NCBI GenBank assembly: GCA_964016885.1
Contig: OZ024741.1
Coordinates: forward strand, 397,110,001-397,174,000
Direction of reading: 5' to 3'
From: Eledone cirrhosa
Lineage: Eukaryota
DNA: 64,000 bases
This document shows positions 1-15,111 of this stretch, piece by piece. Numbering within the stretch: the stretch's first letter is position 1; each line of letters opens with the position of its first letter. The notes below the pieces were generated by a model. It did not search any database. It worked only from the letters and a program-made list of their open reading frames with translations, and had not been told where the DNA came from. Made by a program: the position numbers and the translations under genes.

Positions 1-7
1 ACGCATA

Positions 8-147
8 GAGTTACGGCCCTTGCCATTCTGAGATCAAATCCCGCCGAGGTTAACTTTGCCTTTCATCCTTACGGGGTCGATAAAATAAAGTACCAGTAAT
101 GCACTGGGGTAATTGCTGGCCTTGTGCCAAAAGTAGAAACAATTATG
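8..147 (+). mobile_element. tRNA-derived SINE copy (5' part may lie outside the window)
   Basis: B-box-like GAGATCAAATCC, then the body GCCGAGGTTAACTTTGCCTTTCATCCTTACGGGGTCGATAAAATAAAGTACCAGT...GCTGGCCTTGTGCCAAAAGTAGAAA, which recurs at 3280-3970 and about 19550-19620. Confidence 0.75.
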
Positions 148-389
148 TCTAAGACAACGAAAAGGAAAAAGAGGAAAGAAGGGAAGCTCTAGATGTTTCT
201 GTTGTTGAATCTTTCCCTAGCTTCCATCCACTCAAAGATTTGGTTTATATTTGGTAAATCTGTAATTATATATTGAACTTCCAATCTTGGTAGTTTTTTT
301 AAAGATTAGTTTCAAGTAAATAATTCTAAGATGATATTATATGTAAATAAGTGAGAGCATCTGGAATGGTTTATTTGGCTTCTATTTCT

Positions 390-500
390 CTCCTCCTCCG
401 CTTCCTCCTCCCCCTCTTCCCCTCCTCCTCCCTATCCTCCTCCCCCTCTCTCTCCTCCTCCTGCTGCTCCCCCCCCTCCTCCTCCTCCCTATTCTCTCCC
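390..500. repeat. (CCT)n low-complexity polypyrimidine tract
   Basis: Direct reading. Confidence 0.9.
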
Positions 501-1148
501 TACCATTTTACTCACACCTCAACACTTGTTAAACATCTGTGTTGTTCGCTAAATATCCTATTTACACGAGACTAACAACAACTCGTCTCTGCTCTTTTAA
601 AATGTATCTGTTCTCTTTGATGTGGATTTAAAGCCAACGGATTGTCTTTCTTTTCTCTCTCTCTGTCTTTATATATATATATATATATTTCCCCTTTCTC
701 TGTATCGCTCACTTTCTTTTTACCCCCTCTGCCAGTCACTCTCTCAGTTAACCTCTTCCTCACGCTTTCACTCACTCACTCTCTGCTACTCCCTCTCCAT
801 CACTTCCTCCCGTTTGACCTGTGTGAAATCCTTTTCGCGCTCACATTTCACCCAGGTTGGATGGTCTTTATTCTCTCTCGTCTACGATTTCACAGAACTT
901 ATGTTCATCGATTTCAGGGACTTGACTCCTTCTTCCTCACTTTTCGTTGCATTACCATCTTTGATTGTTTACTGTCTCGCTCGTTCCCCCTATTTACGTG
1001 TCCCAACGACTTTCTTTAGCCGTTGTTCGCACCAACCGGAGGTATATGATCTTTAAAGCGATGAAATACCAATGAAGGTTGGAAGATCACTGATGAAGGA
1101 CTAATTTTATTCATATGTAACCCATTTGCAACCACGCAGCATGCCATT

Positions 1149-1356
<208 letters not shown>

Positions 1357-1409
1357 TCGTTTTTTCTCTTCCTTGATCAATAAAAGTCCTTGGGCGTGCC
1401 GCTGATCGC

Positions 1410-1640
1410 TTTTGATGTCCTGTATTGAGCGCCGAAACATCTGTGATCTACGGTTTACAGGATTTCTTCTCTTATTTCGTCCATATTACCATCCTAAACT
1501 TTGTTATAATTACAAGAAATGAAAAGAGCTGTCTGGTTACTGTAAACAAAGTTTAGGATGGTAATATGGACGAAACAAGAGAAGAAATCCTGTAAACCGT
1601 AGATCACAGATGTTTCGGCGCTCAATACAGGACATCAAAA
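1410..1640. repeat. ~96-bp near-perfect inverted repeat with ~39-bp spacer
   Basis: 1410-1505 (TTTTGATGTCCTG...CCTAAACTTTGTT) is the reverse complement of 1545-1640 with one visible mismatch. Confidence 0.92.
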
Positions 1641-2339
1641 TTATATATATATAACGAAGGAATTGAGGTAAAGAACCAGATGGACCATAACGCACCAGAG
1701 TACTCAATACTTAGGGTAGTAGAGTGGGTAATAGGAAAAGGTATGACCCCTACGGCAGTCCAGAAATAGCCGTCGAAACGACTTGAACTCTGCCGTCGAG
1801 GTCATACCTTTTCCTATATATATATATAGTATAGTAAAGGTGTTCCAACATAGCTATATAACACATACTTGTATGTGTTATATACAGGATGTTTATGAAA
1901 AGCATTCGATAGCCCTCCGCTAAGAATGTTGTTCAAGGTTGTGGCCGCCGTCACACCTTAGTCCCAACAAAAACAGGGGAAACAACCGACAACATTGTTT
2001 CTCACTTGTTAGTGGTTGTCAAGACTGCATTGTACGTTTGGGTTTACAAACACGAGGAAAAGAGCTCTCCATACCAAAGTAGAGGAGAATATTACATATG
2101 TGAGTATGAATACACTGTATAGTCGTTTTAACAATATCTTAACATCTATTGACTAAAAATGATAAATATTTATTTTAGAAAAACTCCCAGCTCCATTTGA
2201 TATATTATTATTATAACCACACCCATTATCTTATATACTGTGTCATGTAAATATCACTCCCATTTCTGAGGTTAGGGGTAACTCAAGTCTCAGAAATATA
2301 TTCTCCCCCTCTCCCCCTTCCTATTTCTCCCCCTCCTTT

Positions 2340-2390
2340 TCTGTCTCTCTCCTCCCTCTCTCACCCTCTCTCACTTTCTCTCTCTCTCTC

Positions 2391-2459
<69 letters not shown>

Positions 2460-2758
2460 GTTAATCGGGATTCAACGTCTGAGCTCTTGCCCCTTTGGCA
2501 GTTAATTCCAGATTCTACAATTCATTGTCGAAACGGCAAGAGCTCAGCCGTTGAGCCACAACTCTCTCTCTCTCACTCTCTCTCTCTATCTCACTCTCTC
2601 TCACTCACTCTCTCTCTCTCTCTCTCTCTCTCACTCACTCTCTCTCTCTCTCTCTCTCTCTCACTCTAATATATTAATAATTACACTCTACTATACCAAG
2701 TATCTAGTATTCTACTAATTAATGGTCTTACTAGTTTGATACTGGTACAATCTTCATC

Positions 2759-2805
<47 letters not shown>

Positions 2806-2985
2806 ATGTGTGCGTTTATGTGTGCGTTTATGTGTGTGTGTGTGTTTATGTGTGCGTTTATGTGTGTATGTGTGGTTATGTGTGTATGTGTGTGTGTGTT
2901 TATGTGTCTGTGTGTGTGTTTATGTGTGCGTTTATATGTGTGTGTGTTTATGTGTGTGTGTGTTTATGTGTGTGTGTGTGTGTGT
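2340..2985. repeat. Compound (CT)n/(TA)n/(TG)n microsatellite region
   Basis: Direct reading. Confidence 0.9.
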
Positions 2986-3239
2986 CCTATATCTTAGATT
3001 ACATTCATTTGTTTAATTATTTAATTCCAGCGTCGTGGGCCCCACCCCTACACAGCTTTAACGGGAGAGAGATGACCTTCTGTAGGAAAGAGCACAGCAA
3101 GGTAGAAATACTCTTTCAGAGCTTCGTCCTTGCCGTCCCTCGAGGTAACAATATTCCCTGTTTTGTCTATCGGAGAAACATCAAACTTTGACATGACTTG
3201 CTCTGGTGCAATAAAATACAATGTTACAAACAAAACATG

Positions 3240-3972
3240 GAATTATTGTAGAGGGTCGGACGCCATGCTTTGCAACAAAGAGTTACGGCCCTTTATGGTC
3301 TGAGTTCAAATCCAGCCGAGGTTAACTTTGCCTTTCATCCTTACGGAGTCGATAAAATAAAGTACCAGTAATACACTGGGATAATTGCTGGCCTTGTGCC
3401 AAAAGTAGAAATAATTATTTCAGAAAAAAAGGACGGTGGGTTGGCCGAGACGTTAGAGCGTCTGTCAACATGCTTTTCAACATTTAGTTACGTCCCTTTA
3501 CGGTCTGAGTTCAAATCCCGCCAAGGTTAGCTTTTCCCTTCATCCTGACAGGATCGATAAAATAAAGTACCAGTAATGTACTGAGGTAGATTTAATCGAC
3601 TTTCCCCTCCCCAAAATTGTTGGTCTAGTGGCTAAATCAGAAACCATTGTTACTGTTGTTGTTTTTGTTGTTGTTGGGGTGGTGGTGATGTTAAGACCAT
3701 GAATTGGCAGAATCGGTTGAGCGCCGGTCAAAATGCTTTATTACCTTTTACGTTCAAATCCCGCCGAGTTTAGCTGTGCCTTTCATCCTTACGGGGCATC
3801 GATAAAATAAAGTACCAGTAATGCACTGGGTCGATTTAATCGACTCTCCTAACACTCCAAAATTGTTGGCCTTGTGCCTAAAATCAGAAACCCTTATTAT
3901 TAAGGTCGATTTAATCAACTTTCCCCTTCCCTTCAAATTGCTGGCCTTGTGCCAAAAGTAAAAATCATTATT
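3240..3972 (+). mobile_element. Head-to-tail cluster of about 3.5 tRNA-derived SINE copies
   Basis: B-box GAGTTCAAATCC-like motif near 3302, 3507 and 3752, each followed by the CTTTCATCCTTACGGGGTCGATAAAATAAAGTACCAGTAAT body; a partial 3' copy at 3903-3972. Confidence 0.8.
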
Positions 3973-4299
3973 TCAGAAAAATAAAAATGTGCAAAATAAA
4001 TAGAAAGTTTTTAAAAAATGATTCACGACTTCATAATGTACGTAATTAGATAGGGGTGTTATATAACATGTCACTGTGTTATATAGTATGTCAGTCCCTT
4101 ATATTGCAGCTTGTACCATCACCATGCCACCCGAGATAGCAGGTTGAGTCACGAACGTAAATATAAGGTTTCAAAACCCTGTAATAAACAAAACTTTACA
4201 TTAACTACTTAACTATGGCTGTTATTAAATATGTCAGTCTCTTATTAAATATGCCAGTCTGTTATAAAATATGTCAATTGAATCGAACGGCAACACCCT

Positions 4300-4530
4300 A
4301 AACCTCGTATGTTTACCGAATGGGAGGGGAACTTGTCAAATCCGACCAAAGAAACGAGGTTTCCATTTGTCTGTCCATTGATGATACTATCTACCAGTTC
4401 CAACTCCTGGCAGAAAGAGCAACGTATAATAAAGTCTTGCTTTAGGTTATGATCCATCGCTTGGTCCGGGAAACGAAATCACAACCTCCCGGTTGCGAAT
4501 CCAATTCTGTAACCATTAAGCCAGGCACCT
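4300..4530 (-). mobile_element. Degenerate tRNA-derived SINE of a second family
   Basis: Minus strand starts GGTGCCTGGCTTAATGGTTA (A-box-like) followed by GTTGTGATTTCGTTTCCCGG (B-box-like). The 3' boundary is approximate. Confidence 0.5.
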
Positions 4531-4736
4531 TCATTATAAAATATGTCACTCTGTTATATTCCAGCTTGTTTCGTCACCATGCCATCCGAAATTGCAGGTT
4601 GAGTCACGAATAAGGACGAAATAGAAACAAAATACTTTTATGTTGTTTGTTTTATGGCTACAAGGAAGAATGAGATCAGTGGTTGTGGTCATTTGTAGCG
4701 CCTCAAATATAGGAGTGGGGTAGAGAGGAAGACAAC
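4523..4736. repeat. Unclassified dispersed repeat (other copies at ~4100-4160, 18605-18710, 19695-19867)
   Basis: Shared GCAGGTTGAGTCACGAATAAGGACGAAATAGAAACAAAA core; ORF translations 4546..4740 and 19690..19872 are near-identical. Confidence 0.85.
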
Positions 4737-4844
4737 ACACCTGTGTTAATAGGTACGATATGAATATATTAAGGTAATTGCTAGACTATAGACATGATCT
4801 GAATACATGTAATGGTGTGGGCTCTGTCTAGAAGTCACGAAGGA

Positions 4845-5315
4845 CCAGTGAAGTGGCGCCAAAGAGGACCAAATGGAGTGGCACAAAGGAGGAGCAGTGA
4901 GGTGGAACCAAAGGGCAATAGAGTGACTCCAAGGCGGAACAGTGAGGTGGCACCTAAGAGCATTAGAGTGACTCCAAGGCGGAGAAGTGAGGTGACACCT
5001 AAGAGCAGAAGAGTGACTCCAAGGCGGAGCAGTGAGGTGGCACCTAAGAGCATTAGAGTGACTCCAAGGAGGAGCAGTGAGGTGACACCTAAGAGCAGAA
5101 GAGTGACTCCAAGGGGGAGCAGTGAGATGGCACCAAAGAGCAGTAGAGTGGATCCAAGGTGGAGCAGTGGAGTGGCACCAAAGAGCAGAAGAGTGACTCC
5201 AAGGAGAAGCAGTAGAGTGAATTCAAGGCGAAGTAGCGGGGTGGCACCAAATAGCAATAGAGTGACTCCAAGGAGAAGCAGTAGAATGACTTGAAGGCGG
5301 AGTAGCGGGGTGACC
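4845..5315. repeat. Minisatellite of alternating 24-bp and 21-bp subunits (45-bp dimer), open on both strands
   Basis: Unit GAGTGACTCCAAGGCGGAGCAGTGAGGTGGCACCTAAGAGCATTA; translates RVTPRRSS-EVAPKSI. Confidence 0.9.
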
Positions 5316-5558
5316 ACCAGAGACGATGTAGTAATATGAAACCAAAGACTGTGTTAATAGTATCAGTCCAAGTAATACAAGATCAATCTCCCAGAAATGT
5401 TAGATGGGAGAATAATAAAGGGAGTATTATATTTTACTGGGATTAGTCCAATAAATGGGGTAAACAGATATCATAATGGCTTTATATGACTGTAATAATA
5501 GTAACTAGAATATATATTAAACACATGTCTATCTATCTATCTATATCTATCTATCTAT

Positions 5559-8714
<3,156 letters not shown>

Positions 8715-8732
8715 TTTATGTTTATATATATA

Positions 8733-9858
<1,126 letters not shown>

Positions 9859-9968
9859 TAATTATATTAAGTACAGTTTCAGAAGATCCCGTAATGGGTG
9901 AAAGCAGCGCTTTCACTTTAATCTGTACTTATAATATTTGCTCTACGTGTCTTTATATATATATTATA

Positions 9969-10039
<71 letters not shown>

Positions 10040-10162
10040 CGTATATATATATATATAATATTAATAATAATAACAGTGTATTATAGGGTACCGGCTGAAA
10101 CATGTTAGTTTTATCACATATTGACTCTTTGGTGCTTCTTAATCTTTATATATATATATATA

Positions 10163-10415
10163 TGTCTAGGGAGGGTAACATTCCCGAGTTCTCTCCAGCG
10201 GTCTCTGTACCTCATTATCGCTACCATGTCCTGTGTCTCAAAGAGACCAGTGTCTGTCCTTAGGATATCAACATATATTAACCTCGGTCTTCCTCTTCCA
10301 GTGTGACAATACAGGGACTCCCACAGGAGCACTGAGTGCAGTGTCAACTCTGGATGTCGGTGAGCATGTCCAGCTAACCTCAGTCTCCTCTGTGCTACTC
10401 TTGAGCTGACTTTTG
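10163..10415 (-). mobile_element. RTE-clade LINE 3' fragment
   Basis: Minus strand RVAQRRLRLAGHAHRHPELTLHSVLLWE...GRGRPRLIYVDIL...RDRWR, typical of the RTE C-terminus (GH..R, GRP, R..W). Confidence 0.8.
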
Positions 10416-10671
10416 ACTCTGAACATTAATCAGTATACACGGAGGATGAAGAACTCAGAGCTGCACGGGAGCCTCCCAAAAGTAATCTCAAGATTATAAC
10501 ATATATAGTATATATATGTTATATATATAATATATTGGTGATTCTTAATTTTTATATATATACTAGACCACATAAAAATACGTGTTTTAAAACATGTTCA
10601 GTTAGTTATAATTTTTAAAGAATTAAAATATACACAGACATGTATATAATGTAAAATGAAATTGGAAGGCC

Positions 10672-10714
<43 letters not shown>

Positions 10715-10963
10715 ATATATACATATATATATATATGTATATGTATGTATGTGTGTATATGTAGGTGCCTGTGACCTATAGACACTGGTCACAGACACAC
10801 ACACATATATACACACACACGTATATACACACACACATATATATACATATACACTTAGAAACCCTTCGTATTTAGCAGGAAATATTCGCTACACAGTAAC
10901 GCTGTATTCGATTCTTTGAAGTCACCTGTTATAATTTCCTTCAACAACACCACCAGCTCTCTG

Positions 10964-11010
<47 letters not shown>

Positions 11011-11187
11011 CCCCCCCCCCCTCTCTCTCTCTTCCCCTTTATCTCTCTCTCTCTCTCTCTACTCTCTCACAACCACTCGTTGATTGTAAGTTATTAAGGC
11101 TCAGAGCCTGTTATTTGCGAAACACGTGTTACGTATGATTACGAATAAAATATGTTGAACTGAAACTTCGATCTCTTTCCTAATGTG

Positions 11188-11361
11188 TGTATCTACTAAT
11201 GTATGTATGTATGTATGTATGTATGTATGTATGTATGTATGTATGTATGTATGTATGTATGTATGTATGTATGCATGCATGTATGTACGTACGTATGTAT
11301 GCATGTATGTATGTATGTATGTATGTATGTATGTGTGTGTATGTTAGTGTATGTATGTATG
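11188..11361. repeat. (TATG)n tetranucleotide microsatellite
   Basis: Direct reading. Confidence 0.97.
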
Positions 11362-12089
11362 TTCTTCTGGTTTTATAATTTAATAAATTTTTACTAATAG
11401 AGAGAGAGTCGGTTTCTAACATAGACACAAGACTCTCTCATTGGAATTTAGACAACATCAACTAGGTAGATATGTATGCATGTCTGCATGTATGCATGTG
11501 TGTGTAGGTATGGATGTTAATGTATGTGTGGATGTGTATGTTTTGAGTTGTATGTGTGCATGTGAATATGCTTTGTATCTGTACATGTGTATATGCAGTT
11601 ATTAGATGCAAACATTTTGGAATGTTTTACATATTTTTACTGTTCCATTAATGGATTGTATTTGTAATTTCCTAACTAGTTGTGTTCTTTCTGTTCCTGT
11701 GAAGCCTAGCTTCTCAAGATTTGTATTGAGGCAGTTACTAACATACCCCAGTGCCCCAATAACCACAGGCATAAATCTGAAGGTGTAATCAGGGTGGAGT
11801 ATCTGCAGTTTTCTCATTAGTTCTGCATAAATATTCTCCTTTTCGCTAATCTTTGATATTATATTGGCATCTGCTGGGCAGCTAACTTCCACTACTGTGC
11901 ATGCCTTCTTTTCCCTGTCCCATATCATTATATCTGGTCTGTTCTGTTTGCATATTATTGCGGTTTTTACTGGAATATTCCACCAGTACTCTTTCATATT
12001 TTGTATATGTATGTCTTCCACATTGCTGCAGCTTTTAATGTGTTTATTATCGGAGCTATTTTTCTACGGATTCCATTGTACAGTATTTT
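11362..12089 (-). mobile_element. 5'-truncated R2-superfamily (R4/Dong-like) non-LTR element: restriction-like endonuclease domain plus 3' UTR
   Basis: ORF 11602..12021 has NRPDIMIWD..VVEVSCP..EKENIY.EL..PVVIGALG, a PD-(D/E)xK RLE domain. (TATG)n lies on both sides. Confidence 0.85.
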
Positions 12090-12114
12090 GTATGTATGTA
12101 TGTATGTATCTATC

Positions 12115-13067
12115 TACGAGTGCCTACAGGCGCTCACAGCCATCTACCAAACGGAAACGGCAATCAGCGGAGACTCCCCTTCGACATTCTATAGGGCATT
12201 AGTGGAGGGTAAGTGCGACGACGTTCTGGAGGAAACTCTAGGCATCGAGGAGGACGAACTAACCAGTCTGTTAGGGAGGACTTTCCGTCCAGGGCCTATG
12301 GATAACTACCAGAGGTCTCTGGCCTGGCAGTGCTACCGAGGAGCTCTACCAGTTCGAGACAAAATCTACAGGCATGCACGCCCTGACAGAGATCCTTCCA
12401 AAAGGACCTGTCCAAGATGCGAACAGGACATCGAAACCGTTCTGCACGCAAATGTTCAGTGCCCAGGGGTGACCGACCTGTGGAATTATGTCGAACAGCT
12501 ACTGTCACGTGTGGGACGCATCCAGTTGTCAGCCGAGTCCATCGGGAGGATCACCCCGCCGCCTTCATTTAAGAACGAAGGGGAGGCGGTTTTCCTCTGT
12601 CTGGTGGCTATGGCGAAAGAGGTAATATGGTGGACGAGGTTAAAAGGACTGAGGGCAAACACCTTTCTCTCCGGACAACAACTCATCCCCTTCTTTACGT
12701 ATCACTTCAGAAGGAAGGGGAGAGTGGAGAGAGAGGTGCTACACCCCAGTAAATTCGCTGAAAGGTGGGTGAATGTGGCGAAAATGGCCCGAGTGAATGG
12801 GCCTTCTCTGTATATAAACCTGTAGGTTGAGGAAGATAAACAGAGGGAAGACAGGAACACCTACAAAACATGTTCCTGGTGTTGAGGGTTGTTCTATCCA
12901 CGGGGTGTAAAACAACCCTGCAGTAACGTTCCTCCCTATTGGGGATTTCAATTGTTATTTTATTATATATAGTTTATTGTTATTTATTAAGTTATTTTTA
13001 TGTAAAACCCCCGCCGTCACGTCTTGTAATGTCCCATTTTTGTACGCTCCTGTGGCAAATTAAGAAA
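12115..13067 (+). mobile_element. Second, 5'-truncated copy of the Tx1/L1-clade LINE (C-terminus plus 3' UTR)
   Basis: GRTFRPGPMDNYQRSLAWQCYRGALPVRD...CPRCEQDIETVLHANVQC...GPSLYINL* aligns with 7795-8365; similar 3' UTR. Confidence 0.93.
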
Positions 13068-13071
13068 GATA

Positions 13072-13132
<61 letters not shown>

Positions 13133-13381
13133 GAGAGGTATAGAGATTGTTTTAGCAAGAAGCTAACGGCATTCTATAACATATATGCGACTATAACGTC
13201 AAGATGGGAAAAGTAGTTAACGAAACATTTAGGAAAAATAACTCAAACTCATCTCAAAAGAGAATCAGGATATAAATTCATCCACAGAGTTTAGTAAAAT
13301 CCAGGGAAAATCTATAGACCTTTAACTCATGATAAAATAAAGTTTGAAACACTTATCCTTCAATTTGGAATAACATCAAAT

Positions 13382-13463
13382 GCTCTGTATAGTCTTAAAA
13401 GACTATTTCATGAAAAATTTCAGTGGAGATGGTCACGGTTGGAATTTCAATCATCAGCAGAGC
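13382..13463 (-). ncRNA. Type I hammerhead ribozyme
   Basis: Minus strand: GCTCTG CTGATGA [t-TGAAA...TTTCA-t] GAAA TAGTCTT tt AAGACTA TA^ CAGAGC. Full core and stems I, II and III are present; predicted cut between 13388 and 13387. Confidence 0.9.
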
Positions 13464-14009
13464 TCAACAGAAAACCAGGGCTCTCACAGTAATATAATCC
13501 GAAAAAGGGAATTCTAAAACTGGCTAGTTCGCCTTCATGTGTATTTATGAAAAAGCACATGAGGAAAAAACGGGGCTAGTGACGTCAGGATGGAAGTGAA
13601 TGTTTATTTACAAGAAATAGCAGTCAAATACATTCTGAAAAAAACTCTACAAAGGAGTTCAGCAAAATAGCAATATTATCACAGTTTTTATGAAAAAAAC
13701 CGGGATTAGTCACAGATAGTTTAAGCACTCTAGGAAAAGAATCCGAGTATAAATATAAATGAGAGGTATAGAGATTGTTTTAGCAAGAAGCTAACGGCAT
13801 TCTATAACATATATGCGACTATAACGTCAAGATGGGAAAAGTAGTTAACGAAACATTTAGGAAAAATAACTCAAACTCATCTCAAAAGAGAATCAGGATA
13901 TAAATTCATCCACAGAGTTTAGTAAAATCCAGGGAAAATCTATAGACCTTTAACTCATGATAAAATAAAGTTTGAAACACTTATCCTTCAATTTGGAATA
14001 ACATCAAAT

Positions 14010-14091
14010 GCTCTGTATAGTCTTAAAAGACTATTTCATGAAAACTTTCAGTGGAGATGGTCACGGTTGGAATTTCAATCATCAGCAGAGC
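14010..14091 (-). ncRNA. Type I hammerhead ribozyme (second tandem unit)
   Basis: Same as 13382-13463 shifted by 628 bp, with one change in the stem II region outside the core. Confidence 0.9.
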
Positions 14092-14734
14092 TCAACAGAA
14101 AACCAGGGCTCTCACAGTAATATAATCCGAAAAAGGGAATTCTAAAACTGGCTAGTTCGCCTTCATGTGTATTTATGAAAAAGCACATGAGGAAAAAACG
14201 GGGCTAGTGACGTCAGGATGGAAGTGAATGTTTATTTACAAGAAATAGCAGTCAAATACATTCTGAAAAAACTCTACAAAAGAGTTCAGCAAAATAGCAA
14301 TATTATCACAGTTTTTATGAAAAAAACCGGGATTAGTCACAGATAGTTTAAGCACTCTAGGAAAAGAATCCGAGTATAAATATAAATGAGAGGTATAGAG
14401 ATTGTTTTAGCAAGAAGCTAACGGCATTCTATAACATATATGCGACTATAACGTCAAGATGGGAAAAGTAGTTAACGAAAGATTTAGGAAAAATAACTCA
14501 AACTCATCTCAAAAGAGAATCAGGATATAAATTCATCCACAGAGTTTAGTAAAATCCAGGGAAAATATATATATATATATATATACACTTCAGTGTCGAG
14601 GTGTAGAGCTAGACAGAGTGTATTATAGTGAAAAGATAGCAAGGACGATTGGTTACTCCTTCATTACATTTATTGGTTGGTGACGCGCGTTTCACCACTG
14701 ATCAGCTCAAGGTTCGATCTGTATCGATCTTACC

Positions 14735-15111
14735 CGACCCATTGTCTTGAAATAAACTTAATCTATGAATGTAAAGTTATAACTGACACCAATTCCTTTA
14801 CCTATTTTGGCTCCACTTCCACCTCCTTTAAAGCTCGTCTTTATAATCATCATTCGTCTTTTAAATACCAACTTAAAAGAACCAACACAGCACTCTCAGA
14901 ACTCATATGGTCCTTGAAAGACAAAAATATTAACTATAACATCTCTTGGAGGAAAGTTTGTTCTGCCTCTCTATCCAAAACATGTAATCTCTGTTTATGT
15001 GAGAAATTTACCATTATATCTAATTTAGATTCTATAATAAATAGACGCACTGACTTATTTTCTCTCTGCTTGCATAAATTCCACAGAACATTCCATAAAG
15101 TATACAGCTAA
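14735..15111 (+). pseudogene. GIY-YIG endonuclease domain of a Penelope-like element (Neptune-like C-terminus)
   Basis: NLIYEC..TYFGST..FKARLYNHHSSF..TALSELIWSLK..ISW..CNLCLCEK..INRRTDL..CLH; no upstream RT domain. Confidence 0.88.

Larger units (their letters stand above)
13129..14566 (-). mobile_element. Tandem 628-bp repeat (about 2.3 units), each full unit carrying a hammerhead ribozyme; candidate retrozyme or tandem Penelope-type pLTR
   Basis: ATGAGAGGTATAGAG recurs at 13131, 13759 and 14386. Units are near-identical, have no ORF in the track, and the block sits in (TA)n on both sides. Confidence 0.8.

Noticed and set aside
1090-1125. CTGATGA at about 1090 (and CTGAAGA at about 19670) as hammerheads
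   Set aside because: No downstream GAAA, stem III or stem I partner; at most 5' fragments.
3031-3101. Possible host exon (TTCCAG|...CAAG|GTAGAA)
   Set aside because: Splice-like signals only, weak donor and no recognisable peptide; cannot be supported without RNA data.
12001-12114. N-terminus of the 274-aa ORF as part of the LINE protein
   Set aside because: It reads through the antisense RLE fragment and the (TATG)n tract; LINE homology starts near 12115.
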